Source: a virus
Length of the DNA stretch: 64,000 nucleotides
Direction: 5' to 3' (one strand)
IMG/VR virus record: IMGVR_UViG_3300024496_000011
Positions 9,008 to 17,336 of this stretch are shown piece after piece. Position numbers and translations under genes: made by a program. Below the pieces are notes generated by a model, which had not been told where the DNA came from, did not search any database, and saw only the letters and a list, made by a program, of their open reading frames with translations. Each line of letters begins with the position of its first letter. Position 1 is the first letter of the stretch.

Positions 9008-9110
9008 TGGTATGTAAATGTGTAAATTTGATTATCACTTAAAAAATCAGTTTGACATAAGTTAGGTCCAACTAACACATGACCAACAATAGTCAAAGTC
9101 ATGAATTCAA

Positions 9111-9233
9111 TCATTTTTTCTTTCCACCATTCTTTGCTTTTTTAGCGTTAGCATTACCAGAGTTTTGCTTTTTGTTGTTAGAAGATCCAGCACCGCCAGA
9201 ACCTTTTTTACCTTTATTTGCAGACTTAGACAT
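9111..9233 (-). CDS. Tiny Lys/Gly/Asn-rich basic peptide (40 aa)
   Basis: MSKSANKGKKGSGGAGSSNNKKQNSGNANAKKAKNGGKKK; ATG overlaps the stop of the upstream ORF. Confidence 0.55.
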   Translation of the reverse strand: MSKSANKGKKGSGGAGSSNNKKQNSGNANAKKAKNGGKKK

Positions 9234-9577
9234 TATGCTCCACCTGTGCGAGGTTGTACTTGACCTTCCAGAACTTCTACTCTTTCTTCAAGAGTTGGTT
9301 CCGATGCGGAAACTTCGGGAGTAGGTAGTTCAGGAAGAGATTCTACAACCTCTTCTCTTTTTGTCTCATCCTTTTTTTCATCATCATCACCACCCTTCTT
9401 CATTGTGTTAATACCAAAGGTTGCAGCAGATGCGGTGAAAACAGTAGCAATGAAAGTGGGGTCCATCTTAGATAGAGCACCAGCATAACTAGCAGTAAGG
9501 AGAGCAGCAGACCAACCCAAAATCGCAATGCGTATAACAGTACTCATACACTTTTCCTTTTTAGTTTGTGTTTCCAT
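9233..9577 (-). CDS. Two-TM membrane protein with charged C-terminal tail; holin candidate
   Basis: Two hydrophobic segments followed by KKGGDDDEKKDETKREE; directly downstream of lysozyme. Confidence 0.55.
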   Translation of the reverse strand: METQTKKEKCMSTVIRIAILGWSAALLTASYAGALSKMDPTFIATVFTASAATFGINTMKKGGDDDEKKDETKREEVVESLPELPTPEVSASEPTLEERVEVLEGQVQPRTGGA

Positions 9578-9595
9578 TTGTTCCTTTGTGTGAGG

Positions 9596-10267
9596 TTAAC
9601 CTTTTTTCCAAGCTTCACCTTCTGCTTTTCTTCTACGAGCAAGTCCTGCTTCTACATTTGAACCAGGATTACGATAGAGGAATAACGCATCAGGAACCAA
9701 GTCCCATTCTTTATTCTTCAAGCGTTTAGTAATAGTATTAAAGTTATCACCACCGTAAAAACCGGCACCAAGATTATAAGCAAAGCTGAGCAGAGCGCCT
9801 CTTTTTCCATCTGACATTTCACTCCAATAAGGGATTTTTCTTAATGCAGGAAGAAACTCTTTCTTACACTGCTCAATTAAAAGTTCATCTGCTTCCGCCT
9901 GAGTGAGTGTATCTCCCATATGGAACGCTGAACCATCTTTCTTACGGGTTGAACCCCAACCAATCGTGATTGGAAGTCCTCCAGTAAGAGGATCGGGATA
10001 TGCTTTTAGATGACATCCCTCAAACTCTTTGATTAATTTGAGTCCCATCATTGGAACATCATCACCACCAACTACAGGTGCTGCAGCAGCGGGAGTGGAT
10101 GCTGGTGCAGCACTAGTCTTTTTTCCTCTGTAAATCTCCGCCCAATCAATATTATCTTCTAGATATTTGACTGGGAGATTATCTTCCAACCACTGAACTG
10201 CTTTAACATGATTAGGATTCTTCTCGTCATAGAATTTGAAGAAGTTATGAAGATCGATTCTTGCCAT
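9596..10267 (-). CDS. Phage lysozyme/endolysin (GH24) with an extra N-terminal domain
   Basis: KEFEGCHLKAYPDPLTGGLPITIGWG (E-x8-D-x-T triad), ALLSFAYNLG, GLARRRKAE. Confidence 0.9.
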   Translation of the reverse strand: MARIDLHNFFKFYDEKNPNHVKAVQWLEDNLPVKYLEDNIDWAEIYRGKKTSAAPASTPAAAAPVVGGDDVPMMGLKLIKEFEGCHLKAYPDPLTGGLPITIGWGSTRKKDGSAFHMGDTLTQAEADELLIEQCKKEFLPALRKIPYWSEMSDGKRGALLSFAYNLGAGFYGGDNFNTITKRLKNKEWDLVPDALFLYRNPGSNVEAGLARRRKAEGEAWKKG

Positions 10268-10352
10268 TGTTGTCTCCGAAATACCGTTGATAAAGTTCGT
10301 TTGCTTCTAAATGCTTTCCGTTATTTGTAAGATCTTTAATCACCTTAAGCAT
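10245..10352 (-). CDS. Possible 35-aa peptide between peptidase and lysozyme
   Basis: MLKVIKDLTNNGKHLEANELYQRYFGDNNGKNRSS fills the gap. Confidence 0.3.
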   Translation of the reverse strand: MLKVIKDLTNNGKHLEANELYQRYFGDNNGKNRSS

Positions 10353-10365
10353 CTTTCTTTTAAAA

Positions 10366-11037
10366 TTAATCGAAGATTCTTCCCCATCCATCGTTGCCTC
10401 CTGGACACCAACGGTGCTTAAGAACTGCTTTAGTATAAATGGTTTTCTTTCCGTTAGTTACAGGACCAGTGTAATTATCATTTAGTGATCCATATGGGTC
10501 ATTAACATAGTACCCTTTTCCATCTGGTGTCTTGCCGATTACAACACACATGTGCCCACCAGTAGGTGCAGAAAGAGAACCCCTATGGAGTATGCCAATA
10601 ACAACGGGCTTCCCAGCGTCCAGACTTTTATCGATATCAGCAAAAGATAAATTGTAACTAAAGTGTGACTTAACACCATAACCTGCCAGAACCTTCGTCT
10701 GTACGGCATGGTCCGTTGTATCACCAATTGCGAATACTTTCTTAACATATTCATCGTCGCCTTTGATACTGCCTGGCTTGAGGAAAGCAAGGCACATAGC
10801 ACACGATGAAGAGTTGCAAGTTCTATGTGCATCTCTGTAGTTGTCTACTTGGTTGAAGTATGGAACTGCTAGAACTGCTGGTGTAGGGGGCTTAGTTCTA
10901 AAAATTCCAATCCAATCAGTTTCCGCATCATCTAAAAACTGAGAGGGAAGATTATCTTCTAACCACTGGACCGCTGCAACATGATTTGAATTGCTATCAT
11001 CATAAAACTTAAAAAAGTTATGAAGATCTAGGGTCAT
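10366..11037 (-). CDS. C39-like cysteine peptidase with the same N-terminal domain as the lysozyme
   Basis: VPYFNQ...TCNSSSCAM...GGHMCVVIG...YVNDPYG (Cys-His-Asp). Confidence 0.85.
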   Translation of the reverse strand: MTLDLHNFFKFYDDSNSNHVAAVQWLEDNLPSQFLDDAETDWIGIFRTKPPTPAVLAVPYFNQVDNYRDAHRTCNSSSCAMCLAFLKPGSIKGDDEYVKKVFAIGDTTDHAVQTKVLAGYGVKSHFSYNLSFADIDKSLDAGKPVVIGILHRGSLSAPTGGHMCVVIGKTPDGKGYYVNDPYGSLNDNYTGPVTNGKKTIYTKAVLKHRWCPGGNDGWGRIFD

Positions 11038-11062
11038 GGATTATCTCTATAAACACTGAGAA

Positions 11063-11070
11063 TATTTATA
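11063..11070 (-). promoter_or_regulatory. T4 late promoter TATAAATA for the peptidase-lysozyme module
   Basis: Exact consensus 26 nt upstream of the ATG. Confidence 0.7.
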
Positions 11071-11073
11071 AAA

Positions 11074-11094
11074 AAAGCGCCCCTTTGGGCGCTT
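11074..11094 (-). terminator. Intrinsic terminator after peroxiredoxin
   Basis: AAAGCGCCC-AAA-GGGCGCTTT hairpin plus T run on minus. Confidence 0.75.
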
Positions 11095-11103
11095 TGATTA
11101 TTT

Positions 11104-11631
11104 TCAAGCAGTAACAGTTTCTCGAACCGTAGATTTCACATAATCAAGAACCACTTCTGGAGTAGTCGCTTCGTAAGGGTCGGTTTCTGCATTATCCCGC
11201 TGCCCATCCTCAACGAATAGTTTTTCGATGATTCCGTTATCCACGACTGCAGCATAACGCCAAGAGCGATCACCGAAACCAAGGTTAGACTTAGTGACAA
11301 GCATTCCCATAGAGCGTGTGAAATATGCATTGCCGTCTGGAATGAGTTTTACATTCTTGATGTTCTGATCTTGTGCCCAAGCATTCATCACAAACCCATC
11401 ATTAACAGAGATGCAGTAAATAGCGTCGATGCCACTACCAACAAAGTCGTCGTATTTCTCTTCGAATCCAGGTAGCTGATAGGCACTGCAAGTAGGAGTG
11501 AAAGCACCAGGCAGACTAAACAGGACCACACGCTTTCCATCGAAAAGTTCTGCAGTTGTACGATTTACAAACTCTCCGTTCTCACGAAATACAAATTCAA
11601 CTTGAGGAACTTGATATTGTTCTTTACGCAT
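11104..11631 (-). CDS. Peroxiredoxin (type II / Prx5-like)
   Basis: FSLPGAFTPTCS, CISVNDGFVMNAW, LGFGDRSWRYA; likely start MRKEQ after GGAGG. Confidence 0.92.
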   Translation of the reverse strand: MRKEQYQVPQVEFVFRENGEFVNRTTAELFDGKRVVLFSLPGAFTPTCSAYQLPGFEEKYDDFVGSGIDAIYCISVNDGFVMNAWAQDQNIKNVKLIPDGNAYFTRSMGMLVTKSNLGFGDRSWRYAAVVDNGIIEKLFVEDGQRDNAETDPYEATTPEVVLDYVKSTVRETVTA

Positions 11632-11642
11632 TTTAACCTCCA

Positions 11643-11750
11643 TCACCATACACCAGGAATGATTTGACCAGTAAGGGTATAAGAACCCATTGCGGCAACA
11701 ATACCAATCATTGCTGCCCAACCATTAATGCGTTCTGCGCGTTCGTTCAT
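11643..11750 (-). CDS. hli: High-light-inducible protein (35 aa)
   Basis: Hand-translated [35 protein letters not shown]; AExxNGRxAMxG-type motif. Confidence 0.9.
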   Translation of the reverse strand: MNERAERINGWAAMIGIVAAMGSYTLTGQIIPGVW

Positions 11751-12025
11751 TGTTTTTCTCCTTGATAAGAATGTTTTTGTTTAAGTTCAGGATTTGGTTG
11801 TGAAGGAACAACTGGGTTCCTTGATTTGTTTTTAATGACGATGAAAGCATCGTTTTGGTAAGATACAGTTCCAAATGGTTTTGCCCATTTTGGATTTGCA
11901 TCTGGACTAGTAGGAGTTCCTGTGACTGCTACACCACCAATTTCAACTGAGATATCATCATCTTTATCCCATCCAAGTGTTTCAAGAGCAATAGCAAATT
12001 GCCCTAGCATACCAGCAGTACTCAC
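11747..12025 (-). CDS. Hypothetical protein
   Basis: 92-aa ORF overlapping neighbours by ATGA junctions. Confidence 0.65.
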   Translation of the reverse strand: MSTAGMLGQFAIALETLGWDKDDDISVEIGGVAVTGTPTSPDANPKWAKPFGTVSYQNDAFIVIKNKSRNPVVPSQPNPELKQKHSYQGEKQ

Positions 12026-12315
12026 AGATTTTCTTCCTGTTCAGTAAGGATCACACAATCACTTGTGGGATAAGCAACGCAAGTGAGAACCCAACCTTCT
12101 GCTTGTTGATCATCATCAAGGAACGATTGTTCTTCGTTGTCAACGGTGCCAGAGATGAGTTTTCCAGCGCAGGCACTACAAGCACCTGCTTTACACGATG
12201 AAGGGAGGTCAACACCTGCCTCTTCTGCTGCTTCAAGAATGTACTGGTCATCAGCACATTCAATAGTGGTTTCTGTGCCATCAGGGGATTGGAGAGTGAC
12301 ATTAAAAACGGTCAT
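12022..12315 (-). CDS. petF: Plant-type [2Fe-2S] ferredoxin
   Basis: [13 protein letters not shown]...FLDDDQ...[11 protein letters not shown]. Confidence 0.95.
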   Translation of the reverse strand: MTVFNVTLQSPDGTETTIECADDQYILEAAEEAGVDLPSSCKAGACSACAGKLISGTVDNEEQSFLDDDQQAEGWVLTCVAYPTSDCVILTEQEENL

Positions 12316-12401
12316 TAGTAAGTCTCGCAAATTTTTTCAACAGATGCTGCCAGTAATACAAAAAAGGCAACGGATGTTATTGTAAAGATAGTTGAAGTCA
12401 T
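12315..12401 (-). CDS. Possible 28-aa membrane peptide
   Basis: [28 protein letters not shown]; stop overlaps petF ATG. Confidence 0.35.
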   Translation of the reverse strand: MTSTIFTITSVAFFVLLAASVEKICETY

Positions 12402-12410
12402 TGTCAACCC

Positions 12411-12620
12411 TCAGAAGATTCCGAAGAAGAGGTGCCCAGTGAGAGCATAAGAAATAGCGCCAGCAACAATGCCGACCATAGCCCAGCGTCCATTCATTTT
12501 CTCCGCTTTCTCTGCATAAGGTTCGATACCATAACGCTCAAGGGCTTCTTTGGTCATATACATCGCGGGTTCTTTGGCAAACATATTCATTTGCCCAAAC
12601 TCGTTTTTTGTTACGGTCAT
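12411..12620 (-). CDS. hli: High-light-inducible protein
   Basis: AEKMNGRWAMVGIVAG motif. Confidence 0.92.
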   Translation of the reverse strand: MTVTKNEFGQMNMFAKEPAMYMTKEALERYGIEPYAEKAEKMNGRWAMVGIVAGAISYALTGHLFFGIF

Positions 12621-12646
12621 TTTCGTTTATTACGAATTGTTACACA

Positions 12647-12682
12647 ATTATATAGCAAAAATAAAGGGGTGTCAAGCACCCC
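12647..12682 (-). promoter_or_regulatory. sigma70 promoter TTGACA-17-TATAAT fused with an intrinsic terminator hairpin
   Basis: GGGGTG-CTTGA-CACCCC-TTTATTTTT; -35 at 12670-12675, -10 at 12647-12652. Confidence 0.85.
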
Positions 12683-12715
12683 TGGTAGTCATTTATACTT
12701 AGTTTTGTTAGGAAA

Positions 12716-13162
12716 TCAGAACTTCCAAGCAAGTCCAACAGTAGGAACAACGGAAGTACCATCAGTCAGAGCAACTTTCACATCAGCAAACACAACTGCA
12801 TGTTCCGCAAGTTGAGTTTCAGCACCTGCTTGAATATAACCAACTGTATCATTATCAAAGGTAAGAATACCAGCATCACCAAAAGCAGCACCACCACCCA
12901 GATAAACATTGGTGTTTTCTGCAACAGCGAGATCGTAGGTTGCGCCAATGGCACCTTCAACCTCGCTATTAATAGTCACTTGAGGACGGACAGAAAGAGG
13001 GAGATTACCTGCCTCTACACGACCAACAATAGTTGCTGCAGCACCTTGACCATCAGTGCCTACGGCAATACCAGGACCAACATAGGAACCTTCAAGACCA
13101 CCAGCAAGTGCTGAACCACCAGCAAAAACAGCAGTAGTAGTAGCAAGAATAATAGATTTCAT
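12716..13162 (-). CDS. Outer-membrane beta-barrel protein (8-strand, OmpA/OmpW-like)
   Basis: Signal peptide, alternating amphipathic strands, C-terminal GLAWKF (BAM-type terminal Phe). Confidence 0.75.
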   Translation of the reverse strand: MKSIILATTTAVFAGGSALAGGLEGSYVGPGIAVGTDGQGAAATIVGRVEAGNLPLSVRPQVTINSEVEGAIGATYDLAVAENTNVYLGGGAAFGDAGILTFDNDTVGYIQAGAETQLAEHAVVFADVKVALTDGTSVVPTVGLAWKF

Positions 13163-13216
13163 AGTTTGTTCAACCCATTTTAAAGTTTACTAGTCTCATT
13201 GTGCGAGACTTGATAC

Positions 13217-13245
13217 ATTTTACATTTGCTTCGGGATCATGTCAA
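13217..13245 (-). promoter_or_regulatory. sigma70 promoter TTGACA-17-TAAAAT for the beta-barrel gene
   Basis: -35 at 13240-13245, -10 at 13217-13222. Confidence 0.75.
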
Positions 13246-14042
13246 GTATTTTGTTGTGCAACAGAGTTTTCGGTTATTCGACCCAAATATGGATCATAAT
13301 TCATATATTCTCGAATATCAACATCTGCACCAGATTGTTGCCACCAGTTTAGCAATGCATCATGAGGACCTTTATGAAAAATATTAAGATGATCTGTATG
13401 GATTGTAGATCCCATATCCAAGTTATACAAGAATAGAGGAATTGTATATGTTTTACCGGTTTCCAAAATTGTATCTTCAGAAACTGCTCTTGGTTTTACA
13501 CCATTATCAAGTTTATATTTACTACCGCGAATATGATGCTTCATAAGTTTTGCAGCATGATGTCTACTGATTAAGTAAATTGCTGCGGAAAAATCATTAA
13601 TAAATTTCAAGTGCAATTTTACATGAATATCTCCAGTACAAATTGTAGTTAATTGCACGCAATCCCAATCATATGGAAGAAGTGAGAAAAATTCTGTCCA
13701 AGTAAAATTCCAATATCTGGCAATATCAAGATTTACATCATCTTCTAAAATTAAACAATATTCATCATTTGTATTTTCATAAAAATGTCGAATTGCTTTG
13801 AGATGAGACATACAACATCCCAACTCATTCTGAGATACATTATCAGGAATTCTTCCTTTTAAATGGGAAGATACATCATCAACCCTACCATCATAACCGG
13901 AAATGCGTGTATGATTTTCGATTTCCCAATACTTAAATTGATTTTCCATATACTCACGACGATGAGTATCTGCATCTAAATTTAACCAATAGATGTTAGG
14001 AAGATCTTTAAGTTTAAATACTGATTTGTTCTTATCCATCAC
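13242..14042 (-). CDS. Glycosyltransferase family 25-like
   Basis: IYWLNLD...RRE...GCCMSHLKAI...LILEDD. Confidence 0.85.
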   Translation of the reverse strand: MMDKNKSVFKLKDLPNIYWLNLDADTHRREYMENQFKYWEIENHTRISGYDGRVDDVSSHLKGRIPDNVSQNELGCCMSHLKAIRHFYENTNDEYCLILEDDVNLDIARYWNFTWTEFFSLLPYDWDCVQLTTICTGDIHVKLHLKFINDFSAAIYLISRHHAAKLMKHHIRGSKYKLDNGVKPRAVSEDTILETGKTYTIPLFLYNLDMGSTIHTDHLNIFHKGPHDALLNWWQQSGADVDIREYMNYDPYLGRITENSVAQQNT

Positions 14043-15586
14043 TGAAAATACTTGACAATGTTTTCTCTATTTCCTTTAATATAACCGATACATTCTTTTA
14101 AATCATCTGGAAGATTATTCCATAAATTTGCCATTTCTTGTCCAGCTTCATCTTTGTTATAATTTGTTCCTTGTGCATGTTGGATTTGATGATCATAATC
14201 TCTGATCACTGGTCTCTTCATAATAAAAGAAATTGCATTCATTACAAGATCCCAACCCCACCCCATTTTCATAGTCTCGGGAGTCATAATCTTTAAAAGA
14301 TCTCTCTTGTAAAAATCACCAATCACATCTTTATGAATAAACCATACTGTTTCATCAGTACACGCAACCATTTTAATATTAGAATCTTCAGATTCTAATC
14401 CTTCAATATCAGTCTGATCTGGAGTGTACCAAATGTTAGTTACATCCGGAGCATAAACTCCCCATTCATATAGATTATAATACTTTCTTGCATCATCAAC
14501 AAGTTGTTTCCAATTAGTATATTGAGTATCTCCTTGGATATGAAGTAAAACTTTTTTATCATCTTTAAAGAGTTCCAGTGCTTTAGTAAATTGAGATGTA
14601 AAATAAGCAGAGTCTCCAAGATTAACCCAACCTTCTCTAGTATTATTATCATCACTATTGATAACAGTAACATCATCAAATACTTCTTTCAGTGCATCTT
14701 CAATGGCACAAGTTTTTTCAAACTGACGATTCCAATTAAAAATGAATGGTTGAATATCCTTTACTCTAATTTGAGGAAATCTTTCCAAGTAACCTCTACC
14801 ATTAAGATCCGCATGATCTCCATGATCATTGCTAGTATTTAAATCCTGATAAAGAATCTCAACATAAGGATTTAAAATACGCGCATAGTTTGTAATGTTT
14901 GAAGACTTACCAATAATTGTTTTACACATTGACAAGGTAGTTGCATCAATCAAAACTTCATCACCAGCAAGAATTCTTTCGGCACTATTAGGTTCTGCTT
15001 GAATAGAATAATGAAGACCAGCAGTACTCATCGTGCGTTGATGATCATAATGATGAATTGTGATATCTAGGAAATAATTTTTAAATTCGTCAATTACATT
15101 ACTTTGATCTGTCGTAAGAAATATACAATCATATCCACCAGAATTAAACTCTTCTTTGGCTACCTTTAAGTATTTTTCAATAGCAACAAATTCAGTATGA
15201 CCAACTCCATCAGTTCCACGATAGTGAACACCCAAAGCATTTTTATATTTTTCTTTAGCAATACTATCAATTTTTGCTTGCATTCTTTCATTATAAGGCA
15301 AGTACTTGCGGTACTTATCCAAATCAAAGTCCCTAAAAGATGCCCAAGGATAGTCACAATCCCATCCATCTTGAGAATTAAACGCTTTATTGGCATCATC
15401 AGATACACGAGAGGAATCAAACCAATGATCTGGAGTTCCATACAACATAAACATTGATGGAGAAACGCAGACTTGATTAAGATCAACTCCTTTATTCTCA
15501 AGTGTTCTAAAACTTGTCAAAATAGTAAGATAGTTTGAGAGAAATCCGCGATGCATTCCCTCAACTAACTTAATCTCAAAACTCAT
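14039..15586 (-). CDS. Two-domain glycosyltransferase-like protein (N-terminal NodZ/fucosyltransferase-like plus a C-terminal GT-A-like domain)
   Basis: LGVHYRGTD...IFLTTD...LSMCKTIIG; second domain with LHIQGD and GWGWD. Confidence 0.6.
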   Translation of the reverse strand: MSFEIKLVEGMHRGFLSNYLTILTSFRTLENKGVDLNQVCVSPSMFMLYGTPDHWFDSSRVSDDANKAFNSQDGWDCDYPWASFRDFDLDKYRKYLPYNERMQAKIDSIAKEKYKNALGVHYRGTDGVGHTEFVAIEKYLKVAKEEFNSGGYDCIFLTTDQSNVIDEFKNYFLDITIHHYDHQRTMSTAGLHYSIQAEPNSAERILAGDEVLIDATTLSMCKTIIGKSSNITNYARILNPYVEILYQDLNTSNDHGDHADLNGRGYLERFPQIRVKDIQPFIFNWNRQFEKTCAIEDALKEVFDDVTVINSDDNNTREGWVNLGDSAYFTSQFTKALELFKDDKKVLLHIQGDTQYTNWKQLVDDARKYYNLYEWGVYAPDVTNIWYTPDQTDIEGLESEDSNIKMVACTDETVWFIHKDVIGDFYKRDLLKIMTPETMKMGWGWDLVMNAISFIMKRPVIRDYDHQIQHAQGTNYNKDEAGQEMANLWNNLPDDLKECIGYIKGNRENIVKYFQ

Positions 15587-15587
15587 T

Positions 15588-15965
15588 TCAATCTCCTTTA
15601 ATTACACGATAACTATCTTCATCAAAATGTTGCGTTGAAAATTCAAAAAGTTCAGTATCTTCAAGAGCAATCATTTGATGTCTTAATCCACGATAAACAT
15701 GAAACTTATCTCCTTTATTCAGGGTCAGTTCATGTGCTAAAGCAATATCATCTTCATCATAATATTTTAACAAAATTTTTCCAGATTGTAAATAGAAAAC
15801 TTCATCTTTCAATTTATGAAAATGCCAGGAGCATCTTTTACCCTTAACAAAATATAAAAGTTTTCCACAGTACTCTTCTGAATTGACAATCCATTTTTCA
15901 AATCCCCATCCTTTAGGGACAAATTTAATTTCCGAAGAACTCATTTGCGTTAATTCCTTTGTCAT
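15588..15965 (-). CDS. Cupin (sugar-phosphate isomerase-like)
   Basis: SWHFHKLKDEVFY...GLRHQM. Confidence 0.75.
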   Translation of the reverse strand: MTKELTQMSSSEIKFVPKGWGFEKWIVNSEEYCGKLLYFVKGKRCSWHFHKLKDEVFYLQSGKILLKYYDEDDIALAHELTLNKGDKFHVYRGLRHQMIALEDTELFEFSTQHFDEDSYRVIKGD

Positions 15966-16248
15966 CTATGTAGACATCACCAGCAGGTTTACCCATAAAC
16001 AATTTGTGATATTTACAACCCCATTCTTTAAGTTGTAACTCTGTTATATATCTCAAATCTGACTCTGCTAGTTGTGCATTATTATCATATCTACCCATAC
16101 CTCGTGCAGTAAGATAAACAATGTAATGTCCTTCATCATAAAGTTGATTGATTACTTTTATCCTATCTCTTTTTGGTGTAGATGATGAATAACTATCGCC
16201 ATCAGATTTATCACAAATAGTTCCATCAATGTCAACAACGTATTTCAT
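15925..16248 (-). CDS. HAD-family phosphatase (capsule biosynthesis type)
   Basis: VDIDGTI, YLTARG, MGKP, YIDDK HAD motifs I-IV. Confidence 0.85.
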   Translation of the reverse strand: MKYVVDIDGTICDKSDGDSYSSSTPKRDRIKVINQLYDEGHYIVYLTARGMGRYDNNAQLAESDLRYITELQLKEWGCKYHKLFMGKPAGDVYIDDKGINANEFFGN

Positions 16249-16981
16249 TAATGTCATCTCCACTTAAAACATAAGTCCCAAAGTTTTGAACTGCTATTGC
16301 AGCTGCCTTGTTAGCGTAAGGTATTGCTTTTTCTATCGTACCACACTCTAGGTAAAAGTAAACTAGTGCAGATAAAAAGGTGTCTCCCGCGCCACAAACA
16401 TCAAATACACTTACTTTTTCTCCAGGGTAAGTTATACCATCATATTCTGCTCCACCAGAACCTCTAGTAATGATAATGTTGTCATGTTTACTTTTTAAGA
16501 GTTTCGATTCATTATCATTAATCTTAATAAAACAATTTGACTCTGGGAGAATTGTCTTTTTACTATCAACAAAAACAGGAATTCTAGAGTTAAAAACTAC
16601 TTCAAATAATTTTTGTTGAGTAATAAATCCTTTGTCATAATCAGAAATAACCAATGCATCATATTTTTCATTTGGTATTTCATATTCCATTGGAGATAAA
16701 GGATCCTCAATATCTACGCGAAGAATTTGATGATTATATTTTTCATCAATATATCTTGTTTTATAAATTTTTTCTTTATTGGTTAGCATATAAACTTCCA
16801 TACCGAATGCTTGGAGATTATCTCTAACATTCCACGCCATCCCATTCTTACTTTCTTTTCTATGAAACTTAAGAATTGGCACTGGTGCTTCTGGATTTAA
16901 TCTTTCACAAGTTCCATAGACATATTCATCGACGCAACTATCTCCGATTAATAATATCTTGTATGGTTTTTGTTGTGGCAT
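16232..16981 (-). CDS. HldE/RfaE kinase domain (PfkB family sugar-phosphate kinase)
   Basis: IGDSCVDEYVYG...RLNPEAPVP...SDYDKG...DVCGAGDTF. Confidence 0.88.
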   Translation of the reverse strand: MPQQKPYKILLIGDSCVDEYVYGTCERLNPEAPVPILKFHRKESKNGMAWNVRDNLQAFGMEVYMLTNKEKIYKTRYIDEKYNHQILRVDIEDPLSPMEYEIPNEKYDALVISDYDKGFITQQKLFEVVFNSRIPVFVDSKKTILPESNCFIKINDNESKLLKSKHDNIIITRGSGGAEYDGITYPGEKVSVFDVCGAGDTFLSALVYFYLECGTIEKAIPYANKAAAIAVQNFGTYVLSGDDINEIRC

Positions 16982-17336
16982 AATCTCCTATCCTATCAAA
17001 GAATATTAATTCAGCAGCATAATAAGAACCTATTACAGACTTACCTTTCCAGTCAGAACCAACAACCATTATATCAGGTTTAAAGGATTTTACCAAACCC
17101 TCAAGTTCTTCATCGCTAGAAAACAGTTTTACCTCATCCACTGCCTTTAGATTTTCTAGAAAAAATTTCCTTTCATCTTGATTATGTATGGGTCTTGTTG
17201 AACCCTTCTTTTCTTTTACTCTTTCATCAGTATCAATACCAACACACAAATAATCACCAAGACTTTTTGCATAATTCAAAAGTTCAAGGTGACCTCTATG
17301 TAGAATATCAAATGTTCCGTTTACAAAAATGTTCAT
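16938..17336 (-). CDS. HldE/RfaE domain II nucleotidyltransferase
   Basis: NGTFDILHRGH...VGIDTD...KGSTRPI...VGSDW...YATT. Confidence 0.88.
   Translation of the reverse strand: MNIFVNGTFDILHRGHLELLNYAKSLGDYLCVGIDTDERVKEKKGSTRPIHNQDERKFFLENLKAVDEVKLFSSDEELEGLVKSFKPDIMVVGSDWKGKSVIGSYYAAELIFFDRIGDYATTKTIQDIINRR

Noticed and set aside
11632-11721. N-terminal extension of the peroxiredoxin ORF
   Set aside because: It is an alternate frame of the hli gene at 11643-11750; GGAGG precedes the ATG at 11631
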